Shown here: positions 16,849 to 27,025 of the stretch, piece after piece | Layout: each line of letters opens with the position of its first letter | Numbering within the stretch: the first letter of the stretch is position 1 | From: a bacterium | GTDB lineage: Bacteria > Zhuqueibacterota > Zhuqueibacteria > Residuimicrobiales > Krinioviventaceae | Direction of reading: 5' to 3' | Assembly (NCBI GenBank): GCA_963693055.1 | Contig: OY843751.1 | Coordinates: 1,504,001-1,568,000, forward strand | DNA: 64,000 nt | Made by a program: the position numbers and the translations under genes | Notes under the pieces: generated by a model | Database searches by the model: none | Told to the model about the DNA's origin: nothing | The model's input: the letters and a program-made list of their open reading frames with translations, nothing else

Positions 16849-18744
16849 ATGAAATTGCTGTACCGTCGGATAGAGATAATCTCTATCATCGGATTCGTAT
16901 GTCTATTCAACAATTTTTTTGAAAATGTATATGCCAATCCATCTGAAATAAATACCGAAATTAAAACCGACAGTAGTATTGTAATTCAGATTTTGGATTT
17001 CAAGAACACGGATATCAAAGATGTTGTCAGAGCTATTGCTGATACTTATGGATTGAACATTTTTGTAGAAGATGCTATCGATTATCGTGTTACGATTCAT
17101 CTTGAAAATGTATCCATAAACGATGCATTAAATTTTCTGGCCAATCGTGCTGATCTTGAAATTCAACAAGAGGGCAGTATTATTAAATTTCTACTGCCTC
17201 CACCCGAGCCGATTCCTCCACTTGATATATCCTTTAATGCACCCAAATTATCATTGGATGTGAAAAATGAACCAGTATCTCGGGTCGTCAAGGAAATTTC
17301 TCAAATTTGCTCAACTAATATTGTTTTGAACAAAGGAGTGAGTGGTACAGTCTCCGGGTTTTTGCAAAATCTGGATTTAGAAGAGTGCCTGGCTACTTTT
17401 TTCAGTATGAATGGTTATGAGGTTAAAAAGAAAAATAGTATTTACCATGTGGATTGGGGGATGGATTATGGAACTGAAACTACCCAGCAGAAAAGAAGGG
17501 GAAGCCGAATTGATGTTGTTGATGGGTTGATCAGTATGGATTTTCATGATGTTGAGATCAAGCAGGCAGTGCAAGAGATTGCACAGCAGGTAGAAACCGA
17601 TATAATTGTATATGGTAATTTAGAAGGGAGGATCACCGCAAAATGTTCCAATATCACTTTTGATGATGCATTAAACTATTTGTTTAAAGGTACCAAATAC
17701 ACGTTTCGCAAAGATGAAGATATATATTTTATCGGGGATAAAACCGTTCAGGGAATTAACTCCAGTAAACTGATCAAATTACAGCATTTAAAAGCTGAAG
17801 GGTTGATCGAAACCATACCAAAAGAAATAATCCAGGGTGCATCCATAAAGATCATCAAGGAACACAATGGATTGATGGTGACCGGTGCAGAGAATCTGAT
17901 TCGGGAAACTGAGGATTATATTAGGCAGATCGATTATCCCATTCCACAGATTTTGATTGAAGCACTGGTTGTGGATTATAATATGTCTGATATAGATGAA
18001 TTTAGTATCGAGGCTGGCTTGGGTGATCCCAATGCTGATGATACAACCGGTGTTTTGAATTATCGTTCCTTGTTTCCAAATGTTGAGCAATCTGCAAACG
18101 GTGACTTTTTGAACGCATCTATTGAATTATACGGTCCGCAATGGGGACTTCCCAATGTTGGAAAGCTGCCCAGCAATTTTTATATGCAAGTAAAAGCGTT
18201 GGAACAAGAGAGTAAAGCCAAAGTTAGATCACGTCCACAAATTGCAACCCTGAATGGACATACGGCAAGTATCAATATTGGCACTACGCAATATTACAAA
18301 ATTAAAACGCAAACCCCCTATCAATCAACACAGCAACTCTATGTCTCCGAGTCGGAACGTTTTGAGACCATCAAGGCCGAGATGATTCTGGAAATTACAC
18401 CCTGGGTTAGTGCATCGGGAGAGATCACAACAGAAATACATCCGGAATTTAGTACCCCCAAAGGTTCACTGGATTCAGAGACACCGCCAACAATTGATCA
18501 TAGAATTTTAAGCTCAACTATTCGATTAAAAGATGGTGAGACAATTGTATTGGGTGGATTGATCCAGGAAGTGGATTCTAAAACGTATCAGAAATTTCCG
18601 ATTTTAGGAGATATCCCTTTATTGGGCCGATTGTTTAGGAATCACAATATTCAAAAAACGACAACAGAGTTGATGATATATGTTACTCCTCACTTGTATT
18701 ATGAAGATTTGGGAAAAGTCGATGTTGAAGAAATTATCAAATAA
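16849..18744 (+). CDS. secretin (GspD/PilQ family)
   Basis: STN/N-domain repeats; QILIEA, RPQIATLNG, LKDGETIVLGGLI, PILGDIPLLGRLF, ELMIYVTP. Confidence 0.92.
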   Translation: MKLLYRRIEIISIIGFVCLFNNFFENVYANPSEINTEIKTDSSIVIQILDFKNTDIKDVVRAIADTYGLNIFVEDAIDYRVTIHLENVSINDALNFLANRADLEIQQEGSIIKFLLPPPEPIPPLDISFNAPKLSLDVKNEPVSRVVKEISQICSTNIVLNKGVSGTVSGFLQNLDLEECLATFFSMNGYEVKKKNSIYHVDWGMDYGTETTQQKRRGSRIDVVDGLISMDFHDVEIKQAVQEIAQQVETDIIVYGNLEGRITAKCSNITFDDALNYLFKGTKYTFRKDEDIYFIGDKTVQGINSSKLIKLQHLKAEGLIETIPKEIIQGASIKIIKEHNGLMVTGAENLIRETEDYIRQIDYPIPQILIEALVVDYNMSDIDEFSIEAGLGDPNADDTTGVLNYRSLFPNVEQSANGDFLNASIELYGPQWGLPNVGKLPSNFYMQVKALEQESKAKVRSRPQIATLNGHTASINIGTTQYYKIKTQTPYQSTQQLYVSESERFETIKAEMILEITPWVSASGEITTEIHPEFSTPKGSLDSETPPTIDHRILSSTIRLKDGETIVLGGLIQEVDSKTYQKFPILGDIPLLGRLFRNHNIQKTTTELMIYVTPHLYYEDLGKVDVEEIIK

Positions 18745-20113
18745 TAAATGGATTCATTCGTTTGCCTTAAAACATTTTATTCTATCCTTATTTCAATATG
18801 AAAAACGGGTGATCTGTCTTGAAATAATGGATTCGCACATCACAGTCCTTGGGCTGCTCAAGGGCAAAAATGAGATATATACCTGGTTGAATGACAGATT
18901 AGTCATTCCCAATTCTGATGATAACTTTATCAAAACAGGATTACAAGAAGCTATAAACGTTTATCCGGAAATCAAGCATTATCAGATTGTTTATCTATGG
19001 CCGGGATTAAAGACCATTTATCGTAATGAACTTGATGGAGATACATCTCCTTCATTCATGTCAATGTTAAATTCTGCTGATTTTAAAGCCGTCGAGTTGG
19101 AGACGGGTAATAAAACCAAATTGCGGGCTTTTGCAAAAAACAGTGATCTGGAAAATATAGAAAATTTATTTGATGAGATTGGATTAAACCTGGCAGGGAT
19201 TTATAAAGGCAATCTGGAATGGATTTATACGTACCTGGTTAGGAACCCAATAAAGTTTTCCGGGGAACAACGATTCGCGTATATCGATGAACAATTCACG
19301 TTGGACATATTATTCAAAGATGGAATATGTAACAATATTCAGATCCAGTCATCCATTCCTGCTCCTGTGAGCCTGTCAAAAGAATCGGAATATCAGGGCT
19401 ATGCGTGTATATGCAATCGTAATGGTGGAAAAGGGATGATACCGGACATCTCTGATGAATATGAAACTGACTGGAAGGATCCAGGTATTGTCGCTGCTAA
19501 TGGTGTAGCATTGAGTCATTATTATACTCAATTTAGTTCATTCAATTTTTTATCAAAAAAAATACACGAGAAAGTAAAATATAAAGGGATTGAGAAAAAA
19601 ATACAAAAGATTTTGGTATTGATTACTGGAATGTTAATAATTCTGAATTTTTTGCTCTTGATTCCCTCTATAATTATTGACTCAAAGCACAGTCAGTTAT
19701 TAGCTCAAAAGCAGACCGTAGAAACCCAAATTACAAAAATCAATCAGTTCGAAGCTGAGAATAAAAATCTAACAGACCAATATGAGAAACTGGTCTTGTT
19801 ACAATCACAAAAGACCAGGATCGGCAGGGCGATGTATTGTGTAAGCCAAGTGATTCCTCAGGATACCTGGTTAGAGAATATGAACTGGGGAGATACCAGA
19901 ATGAATCGACAAGCCGATGCAGATAAATTATTTATTGAGGGATATTCAAAAAAGCAGTTATCAGTCATTACATTTATAGAAAGTATGAAAGATGAACCTT
20001 TATTTGATCAGGTATCTCTTGATAATTATGATACCGGTTTTGAAAAACGTCCTGGCAGCAGTAAAGATAAAGCAGGCATCCATTTTTTAATTTCAGCGAG
20101 AGTAGTGCAATGA
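18722..20113 (+). CDS. PilM/PilN-like (GspL-like) inner-membrane platform protein
   Basis: Cytoplasmic N-terminus, one TM, coiled coil, PilN-like IPQDTWL...IEGYS; position in operon. Confidence 0.65.
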   Translation: MLKKLSNNKWIHSFALKHFILSLFQYEKRVICLEIMDSHITVLGLLKGKNEIYTWLNDRLVIPNSDDNFIKTGLQEAINVYPEIKHYQIVYLWPGLKTIYRNELDGDTSPSFMSMLNSADFKAVELETGNKTKLRAFAKNSDLENIENLFDEIGLNLAGIYKGNLEWIYTYLVRNPIKFSGEQRFAYIDEQFTLDILFKDGICNNIQIQSSIPAPVSLSKESEYQGYACICNRNGGKGMIPDISDEYETDWKDPGIVAANGVALSHYYTQFSSFNFLSKKIHEKVKYKGIEKKIQKILVLITGMLIILNFLLLIPSIIIDSKHSQLLAQKQTVETQITKINQFEAENKNLTDQYEKLVLLQSQKTRIGRAMYCVSQVIPQDTWLENMNWGDTRMNRQADADKLFIEGYSKKQLSVITFIESMKDEPLFDQVSLDNYDTGFEKRPGSSKDKAGIHFLISARVVQ

Positions 20114-20640
20114 AATCATACCTATCACAAATCACCAGGGAACAAATCTATGTTATTGCCGGATTTTTACTATTTAGCATTTTGGTATTCTTTTTTATAT
20201 CAAAACCCTTGATATCCGGTATTTATCAAGACAGTATTGATATCCGGACTATGGAACAACAGATTGAAAACGCCAAACAATGGAAAACTATTACCGGAAG
20301 GTTGAGGGAAGAGAATGAAACTCTTGCCGGTGTGATAACAAACAATCAAAAAACGTATTTATACGGCAAGAGTTCCTTTGATATCATTAAATATGTTCAG
20401 GAGAATGCAGTAAAGTCTAAAGTTAAGGTTGTATTGATTGAACCAGTGATATCATCGAAAAAGACAGAAAATCCTCAAGTGCAGTTCAAAGTAACCGGGT
20501 CTTTTCACCAAATTGGAAAGCTGGTACATACCATTGAAACGGGTCCATATCTAGTTTTTATAAAAAGCTTAACTATTGAGAAAGCAAAAAAAACAAAAAA
20601 CACGTTGATTGCAAAAGTAGTGTTGGAAATTCATCAATAA
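20110..20640 (+). CDS. PilO/GspM-like protein
   Basis: N-terminal TM, coiled coil, VTGSFHQIGKLV..IE. Confidence 0.7.
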   Translation: MKSYLSQITREQIYVIAGFLLFSILVFFFISKPLISGIYQDSIDIRTMEQQIENAKQWKTITGRLREENETLAGVITNNQKTYLYGKSSFDIIKYVQENAVKSKVKVVLIEPVISSKKTENPQVQFKVTGSFHQIGKLVHTIETGPYLVFIKSLTIEKAKKTKNTLIAKVVLEIHQ

Positions 20641-20648
20641 ATGAAGAG

Positions 20649-21128
20649 ATGAATATGGCAAAAATGACAAAGAAGAAATTTAATCTTGTTTTATTATTTA
20701 TTATTGCTATAGCTGTATGGGGCTCAAATGGTTACAGGATGATAAAAGGCATTACCCTGGGTGATTCATCAGGTGCAATGCCGGAGGTTAAAACAGGGCA
20801 AGTTCAGTTGAACTTGTTGAGTGATTCATTAGCGAGCTGGGAATATCCCAAGAGTGGACGTGATCCGTTTTTTCTGACAGTACAAAAGACTGTAGCTAAA
20901 TCAGTCTCAGCACCAAAAAGAAAAAAGCCTGAGATAATACCTCCCAGACTTTTATTAACCGGTATAATTCTGGACCATAATGAAAGAGTAGCAGTGATAG
21001 AAACCCCTGACCGGAATGTTCATTTTTTAAAAGAAAAAGCAGAACTAGATTCCCTGGTGATCGATAAAATTGCCGAGAAGCATATTGTTGTGAAATACAA
21101 AAGGAAAACATTTGAATATTCTTTATAG
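20649..21128 (+). CDS. PilP/GspC-like protein
   Basis: N-terminal TM, RDPF, LLLTGII....VAVI, IDKI. Confidence 0.6.
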   Translation: MNMAKMTKKKFNLVLLFIIAIAVWGSNGYRMIKGITLGDSSGAMPEVKTGQVQLNLLSDSLASWEYPKSGRDPFFLTVQKTVAKSVSAPKRKKPEIIPPRLLLTGIILDHNERVAVIETPDRNVHFLKEKAELDSLVIDKIAEKHIVVKYKRKTFEYSL

Positions 21129-22503
21129 AAAATATTTCTTGTCGGAAATCAAAGATGAACAAGGATATACTTTATTAACAGTTTTGGTTTTTATGATCAT
21201 CATCATGTTGATTTTATTATGCCTGATAGAATATGTTCATGTACAATATCGATTCATTTTAAAAGATTCGCACCAGGTACAGGCAGATTATTTGGCTGAG
21301 AGCGGTGTAGCTTATTTCCTGAATGATATTGACAAATATTTTGAACAAATACAATTTAATCCCACACAATCTTTTGATTGTTTCTATCCGATTGAACAAG
21401 ATACGGTTTATATTCAAGCCATGCCGTGGGGGGGATTCATCCGTGTAGAGGTGAATGCAAAGTATAAAAGTGCTTTTTCACGAAAACAGGCAATGATTGG
21501 TCAAGGATTGACGGAATCCATGGATAATGCTATTGTATTGGATAACCTTGATAATCCATTGATTGTTACAGGAGAGACAGAGATAACGGGTAATGTGGCT
21601 GTTGGTACAAGAGGCGTGAAATCCGGTAATATTAAAGGTATTCGCTTCAAGGGAAAACGGCTTGTGACGGGTGATATTATCACAAAAAACCGGTCACAGA
21701 TGTCAGCAATCAATCCACAGGTCTCTTTTGAAGCAACCAAAACAATGCTGGATGGATTGCAATCCCAACCGGATAAAGATCCTTTCAATGCGGGTTCTGT
21801 AATTGATGAAGAACGGCTACCATCCTGTCTGATTTTTGAGGATGATTTTGAATTTACCGATTGGTCGTTGCTGGATTCAACTAAAGCATGTACGGTTGTA
21901 ACCACAGGTTCATTACTTGTCGGGCCAGATCTTGATCTTCCCAGACAATCCATGCTGGTTGCCGCTGACACTTTGATATTAAAGAATTGTAATCTAGACC
22001 AGGCGCTGATTTATGGTAAAAAACAAATACAGGTCTCCGGAAATGTTTGCGGTAATGCGCAGTTTCTGTCTGATGAACAGATTATCGTGAAAAACGGAGT
22101 GACCCTGTGCTGGCCATCTATTTTGTATGTGAACCGAGAGGTCCCTAATGCGCAACCGTTCGAAGCAATCAAGCTGGAGGGTGGGACATCAGTTCGAGGG
22201 GCGGTAGTTTTATATACATCTGAAAAAACAAACAAGAATGTGATGAACCTATGCAGGATTAAAGTTGAAAAATTTGCGACAATGCATGGATTGCTTTATA
22301 CCAATCTTTCTGCTGATATGGGAGGAGAGTTGACAGGCCATGCATCTGTTTCTTCCTTTTATTTGTATTATTCACCAACACATTATATCAATTACCTGTT
22401 GGATGCCCGGATTGATCGAAATGGTTTGGATCCCGAGTTTCCCATACCGGTCCGGATTGGAGAAGAGCCTACATACCGGATCATTAACTGGCAGAATTTG
22501 TAA
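21112..22503 (+). CDS. large GspK/PilX-like minor pseudopilin
   Basis: G|YTLLTVL prepilin-like N-terminus without Glu5; A.YLAESGV; long beta-rich C-terminus. Confidence 0.7.
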   Translation: MNILYRKYFLSEIKDEQGYTLLTVLVFMIIIMLILLCLIEYVHVQYRFILKDSHQVQADYLAESGVAYFLNDIDKYFEQIQFNPTQSFDCFYPIEQDTVYIQAMPWGGFIRVEVNAKYKSAFSRKQAMIGQGLTESMDNAIVLDNLDNPLIVTGETEITGNVAVGTRGVKSGNIKGIRFKGKRLVTGDIITKNRSQMSAINPQVSFEATKTMLDGLQSQPDKDPFNAGSVIDEERLPSCLIFEDDFEFTDWSLLDSTKACTVVTTGSLLVGPDLDLPRQSMLVAADTLILKNCNLDQALIYGKKQIQVSGNVCGNAQFLSDEQIIVKNGVTLCWPSILYVNREVPNAQPFEAIKLEGGTSVRGAVVLYTSEKTNKNVMNLCRIKVEKFATMHGLLYTNLSADMGGELTGHASVSSFYLYYSPTHYINYLLDARIDRNGLDPEFPIPVRIGEEPTYRIINWQNL

Positions 22504-22508
22504 TACAG

Positions 22509-22877
22509 ATGAGGAATATGATTAAAGCTATAATTAAAAGAGAACAGGGATTCACCCTGGTTGAAAACATGATCGCACTGGCATTGATTACGGCGGTTAT
22601 AATCCCATCCAGTATGTTTATGGTGAAATTGGCACATAATCAAAAATCTTGCGATATGAGCACTGCTACACAATTGTGCAAGACAACTGTTGAATGTACA
22701 ATTGCCAATGAAGATTATTTACCTAAACAATGGCAAAAAGCAGTTAATAGTCGGGAGTGGCTGATCCAGCGGGAGATTGAGATTGAGGATCACTTGATTC
22801 ATATTTTTGTAATGGCAAAACCCGTGAATCGTGAGAACTGGATAAACAGGTTATATTTATGTCGATATCAAAATTAA
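22509..22877 (+). CDS. minor pseudopilin
   Basis: EQG|FTLVE N-terminal cleavage/methylation motif. Confidence 0.85.
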   Translation: MRNMIKAIIKREQGFTLVENMIALALITAVIIPSSMFMVKLAHNQKSCDMSTATQLCKTTVECTIANEDYLPKQWQKAVNSREWLIQREIEIEDHLIHIFVMAKPVNRENWINRLYLCRYQN

Positions 22878-23410
22878 AAGAGGAATCAGGATATACCCTG
22901 GTTGAGATCATGGTTGCCTTGTCCATGTCATTTATTGTTATAGGATTGGGTTACGCTGCTTTACACTTTACACAGGTCCGCTATAAAGAATGGCAGGTAC
23001 AGGAGCAGGTGATGCGCAAACAGCACACCATTCAAAAAATGATCTATAATGATATCTCCCAGGCAAGAAAGGTCTTGAGCATTGAGCCAAACCTGCTGCA
23101 ACTGCAGGATAAACGAGATAGTCTACTGGTTTATAGTTACAAAGACAGCATATTGTATCGCAATGAACGAATAATGAATAACAAGCAGTTACCTATGTTA
23201 TCCTGTTATTTCCTTGGTGATGAGCCCGAGTCTATTTTCGATTTCAAAGTGTTTATGGATCAGCTTGAAAGTCAAACCGTTGATAACGATTTATTACAAA
23301 CAGATTCTACTTTTATTCAATGCGTGCAATTCTATTATGAAATTCAGAATCCTACAGGAGAGATTTTGAATGCCCATGCAGTGATTAACCTGAGAAATAA
23401 AGAGTACTAG
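22859..23410 (+). CDS. minor pseudopilin (GspJ/PilW-like)
   Basis: ESG|YTLVEIMVAL motif. Confidence 0.85.
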   Translation: MSISKLKEESGYTLVEIMVALSMSFIVIGLGYAALHFTQVRYKEWQVQEQVMRKQHTIQKMIYNDISQARKVLSIEPNLLQLQDKRDSLLVYSYKDSILYRNERIMNNKQLPMLSCYFLGDEPESIFDFKVFMDQLESQTVDNDLLQTDSTFIQCVQFYYEIQNPTGEILNAHAVINLRNKEY

Positions 23411-23411
23411 T

Positions 23412-24563
23412 ATGAACAATTCCTTTTCCATACCCGAAGCAATTGTAGAGCAAAAACGAAAATCCCCAAAAAAGAGGGATGAAAAAAAACAATCCGCTTT
23501 ATCTCTGAAATTAAATTTTGGATTATCAAGGATTAAAAAACAGGAGGTAGCCCAGGCATTACGGCAGCTGGCAACGCTGGTGCAGATGCGATTTCCTCTG
23601 GATAAATCCCTGTTCATTGTTTGTGAACAGATACAGAATGACGCATTGAAAAAGATATTTGAGGATTGCAAGTGTAGAGTTGAAAAGGGAGAAACCCTGG
23701 CAGATGCGTTGTCAGTGTATGCAAAATATTTTCCACAAGCTGTATTAAAATTTACAATGATAGGAGAAGTCTCCGGTAATCTGGGGGACACGCTTGACCA
23801 GGCGGCATCACAAATGGAAAAGATGCTGAAACTGCGGCGCAAGCTGTTTTCCGCATTATCTTATCCTGCTATCGTTGTGATCGTTGCCATCTTTGCGGTT
23901 GGATTTCTACTGGCTGTCGTTGTTCCAACTTTTTCGGATGTGTTTTCCGATTTTGGTGCACAACTCCCCATTGCTACCCGGATTTTGGTTACCATGGGAG
24001 ATTTCCTGGTGAATTACTGGTATGTGCTGGTACTGTCGGTTTTGGGGATTGTCATGCTCGTTCAGCGAATGTGGAAGATTCCCCGGCTGCAAATACGGAT
24101 GGAAAAGTTGATCTGGAAAATGGCTGTTATTGGTCCGGTGATTAAGAAAGAAAAGTTGACCCGGTTTGTACGCACACTTGGTATGCTATTGCAGAATGGT
24201 ATTTTGTTACCTGAAGCCATTTCCATCAGCGGAAAGACATCTACAAGTTTAAATATTGAAAAAAAATCAGAAATAATTATTGAAAGAATTAAAAAAGGTG
24301 AGTCGTTTTATTCCGCTCTGAACGAGTCCGCTATCTTTCCAGCCATGCTGGTACAAATGGCAAGAGTAGGTGAAGAAGCTGGAGTACTGGGAGACATGCT
24401 GGACCGTTCCGCGGAATATTATGAATCTGAAATTGACGCGGCAATCGAAACATTGAATGCCGTTCTGGAACCTATTCTCATAATTGGATTGGGTATTGTG
24501 ATGGGAGCAATTGTTATTGCCATGTACTGGCAAATTTTTAATATCGTTGATGTTATTCAATAA
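23412..24563 (+). CDS. gspF: GspF/PilC inner-membrane platform protein
   Basis: RQLATL, GEVSGNL, ALSYP, VVPTF, GEEAG.L, LEP. Confidence 0.93.
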   Translation: MNNSFSIPEAIVEQKRKSPKKRDEKKQSALSLKLNFGLSRIKKQEVAQALRQLATLVQMRFPLDKSLFIVCEQIQNDALKKIFEDCKCRVEKGETLADALSVYAKYFPQAVLKFTMIGEVSGNLGDTLDQAASQMEKMLKLRRKLFSALSYPAIVVIVAIFAVGFLLAVVVPTFSDVFSDFGAQLPIATRILVTMGDFLVNYWYVLVLSVLGIVMLVQRMWKIPRLQIRMEKLIWKMAVIGPVIKKEKLTRFVRTLGMLLQNGILLPEAISISGKTSTSLNIEKKSEIIIERIKKGESFYSALNESAIFPAMLVQMARVGEEAGVLGDMLDRSAEYYESEIDAAIETLNAVLEPILIIGLGIVMGAIVIAMYWQIFNIVDVIQ

Positions 24564-24992
24564 ATGGAGGCTGTAATGCAACAGGTAAAACGTTTTTTTC
24601 AGGATGAATCCGGTTTTTCATTAACAGAGTTATTGGTAGTGATTGTAATCATTGGGATACTCGCATCCCTGGCATTACCCAAATTCCTCAATGTGATCAC
24701 CAAAGCCAAATCCACCGAGGCAAAGCTGATGTTAAAGCAGGTCTATCAACTCCAGGATACCTATTATATGGAGAATGATGTTTACGCAGCGGATCTTTCT
24801 GCTATGGGATTCTCACAGGATGCTCTAAAAACTGATGGCGGTTCGGCGCGTTACCGTATTGAACTTGAAGAGGTTAGTGCCATGGGATTTCTTGCCAAGG
24901 CAACCGCGGTAGTGGATTTTGACAAGGATGGCGTATTTAATGTCTGGTCTATCAACCAGGATGGCACTTTAAAAGAAGAAATTCCGGATTAA
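24564..24992 (+). CDS. major (pseudo)pilin
   Basis: ESG|FSLTELLVVIVIIGILASLALPKF; C-terminal DFDKDG..NVW. Confidence 0.9.
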   Translation: MEAVMQQVKRFFQDESGFSLTELLVVIVIIGILASLALPKFLNVITKAKSTEAKLMLKQVYQLQDTYYMENDVYAADLSAMGFSQDALKTDGGSARYRIELEEVSAMGFLAKATAVVDFDKDGVFNVWSINQDGTLKEEIPD

Positions 24993-25777
24993 TGATGATG
25001 TACGAATATCTATTCATAATATTAACAGCACTTGCTCTCGGTAGTTTTATGAATGTGTTGATCTATCGATTGCCATTAAAGCAATCCTTGTGGGAGCGAT
25101 CTAGATGTGATCATTGCGGAATTACTTTAAGCGTCCATGATCTGCTTCCTGTTGTAAGCTATGTAATGCAGCGGGGTACATGTTGTTACTGCGGAAAGCG
25201 GATATCTGTACAGTACCCGTTGATCGAGTTGTGGAGTGCTGTAATTGCAATCGGGATATTTTACTATAATGGAATCAATCGTTCATCCGTCGAATGTATT
25301 GTGCTGTTATATTTGATAACGGTGATCATGATCGTGGATTATCGGTACTATATCATTCCCAATCTTTTGGTCATTATTTTGGGTTTAATTGGGATTTTCA
25401 GGATTTTACTGAATCCTGAAATATTAATCAATACCCTTATAGGGGCTGTAACGATGGCTGCGGTTCCTGTTATATCAAGCTTGTTCTTTTATCTTGTCCG
25501 GGGGGGGACCGGATTTGGTATGGGCGATATCAAGCTGTTACTGGTACTGGGATTCTATATGGGTTTCCCCGGATCAATAGTTGTTTTTAGCATTGCTGTT
25601 ATAATTGGAGCAACAGTAGGTTTAATCGGGATAGTAATCGGAAAATGTTCAAGATACAGTAAGCTCCCTTTTGGTTTTTTTGTAGGGCTGGCAGTATATG
25701 TATTTATTCTTTTTATGTTAATTGGTAAAACTGATAATATGTGGTTGTTGTGGAAAAATTATATGGGGCAGTTATGA
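24992..25777 (+). CDS. prepilin peptidase (A24, GspO/PilD)
   Basis: GSFMNVLIYRLP, RSRCxxC, CxxC, IVD, GMGDIKL, PFG. Confidence 0.92.
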   Translation: MMMYEYLFIILTALALGSFMNVLIYRLPLKQSLWERSRCDHCGITLSVHDLLPVVSYVMQRGTCCYCGKRISVQYPLIELWSAVIAIGIFYYNGINRSSVECIVLLYLITVIMIVDYRYYIIPNLLVIILGLIGIFRILLNPEILINTLIGAVTMAAVPVISSLFFYLVRGGTGFGMGDIKLLLVLGFYMGFPGSIVVFSIAVIIGATVGLIGIVIGKCSRYSKLPFGFFVGLAVYVFILFMLIGKTDNMWLLWKNYMGQL

Positions 25778-26694
25778 AGCACAAAGTACTGGACGAAATT
25801 GTTGGGAAAAGTAAGCAAATAAAGCAGATCAAAACAATGATCGTTAAAATAGCCGGCCATACCCATATGCCGGTGATGATTACTGGGGAAACCGGCACTG
25901 GTAAGGAGCTGGTTGCAAATGCGCTGCATCAATGCAGTGACAGGGCTGGCAATGAAATGGTAAGGATCAATTGCAGTGCCATTCCCGGAGAGTTGTTAGA
26001 GAGCACACTTTTTGGTCACAAGAAAGGTGCCTTTACCAGCGCTACAGAAGATTCTATTGGTTTAGTAGAAGCCGCCAAGGATAGTACGTTGTTCCTGGAT
26101 GAGATCAGCGAGATGGATGTACGATTGCAGCCCAAATTATTACGGTTTTTGGAGAACGGTACCTATCGCCGATTAGGTGAAGTCAAAGAGCGCAAAGTGG
26201 ATGTGTGGGTGCTCACTGCAACTAACCGTGATCTGGATGCTGAATTGCAGCAGGGCAAATTCAGACCGGATTTGTACTATCGTTTAAAAGGATTGGGTGT
26301 TCACCTGCCACCCCTGCGGGACCGTATTGTTGATCTGGAATTACTGATTGATTATTTCTGTATGCTCCAGTCCAATGGTGATAATACAATTCTAAAATTG
26401 GAGCAGGATGTGATGAATGTATTTCAACATTACGACTGGCCTGGGAACGTGAGAGAGCTAAAGCAGTTGGTGCAAAATATGTGTATTTCGCTTGAAGAGC
26501 TTACAGTCAAGTCATTGGATTTACCAAAGAAGAGTAATGGTACATACCATAAAACTCTGCAAGAGATTGAAGTTGAGCATATTTCGAATGTTTTGAAAAA
26601 GTATAATTATCAAATTCGTAAATCTGCGCTGGTACTAGGGGTAGACCGCAATACATTGAGAAAAAAAATACAAAAATATGATATTCAAATTTAG
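25774..26694 (+). CDS. sigma54-dependent enhancer-binding protein (AAA+ plus Fis HTH, no receiver domain)
   Basis: GETGTGKE, GAFTSA variant of GAFTGA, FLDEI, FRPDLYYRL, WPGNVREL, LGVDRNTL. Confidence 0.92.
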   Translation: MKHKVLDEIVGKSKQIKQIKTMIVKIAGHTHMPVMITGETGTGKELVANALHQCSDRAGNEMVRINCSAIPGELLESTLFGHKKGAFTSATEDSIGLVEAAKDSTLFLDEISEMDVRLQPKLLRFLENGTYRRLGEVKERKVDVWVLTATNRDLDAELQQGKFRPDLYYRLKGLGVHLPPLRDRIVDLELLIDYFCMLQSNGDNTILKLEQDVMNVFQHYDWPGNVRELKQLVQNMCISLEELTVKSLDLPKKSNGTYHKTLQEIEVEHISNVLKKYNYQIRKSALVLGVDRNTLRKKIQKYDIQI

Positions 26695-26737
26695 GCTAAA
26701 TTTATTAAAAAATACACCTATTGTTTTTGTTGATGTT

Positions 26738-26889
26738 AGGTGGGTGAGTTTCTCACCCACCTTTTTTGTTTAAAAACAAATAGTTAGGCGATTTCAGGAT
26801 TAAGTGGGTGAGTTTCTCACCCACCCTTGATAAGCGTCTGTTTAATTAGAACTTAGTCTGCATTATGGTGATTTAGGGTGGGTGAGAAA
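26738..26889. promoter_or_regulatory. repeated palindromes, candidate upstream activator sites
   Basis: GTGGGTGAG-TTT-CTCACCCAC at 26740-26760 and 26804-26824; half copy GTGGGTGAGAAA at 26878-26889. Confidence 0.55.
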
Positions 26890-26971
26890 TGTGGCATTAC
26901 ATAAATTTTGGGATTTTATTTTTCATGCCGTAAGTAACTATTATTTAGTTGGTTACATGATATTTTTTGTG

Positions 26972-26988
26972 TTGGCATTGTTTGTGAT
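26972..26988 (+). promoter_or_regulatory. candidate sigma54 -24/-12 promoter of the Rhs operon
   Basis: TTGGCATTGTTTGTGAT: good -24 TGGCA; the -12 reads GA rather than GC at correct spacing; ~40 bp before an ATG with AGGAGG. Confidence 0.4.
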
Positions 26989-27025
26989 ATAGCCTCAATG
27001 AATAATTAACCCATAGGAGGAAAGA

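Noticed and set aside
15441-25777. Twitching-motility type IVa pilus or conjugation system
   Set aside because: No PilT/PilU, VirB4, coupling protein or relaxase in the window; retraction ATPases elsewhere in the genome cannot be excluded.
26738-26889. Mini CRISPR array (palindromic repeats ~64-74 bp apart, cas6 in the same window)
   Set aside because: Only two full 21-24 bp copies and a half copy, uneven spacing, 26 kb from the cas genes; position between a sigma54 activator and its likely promoter fits binding sites better.
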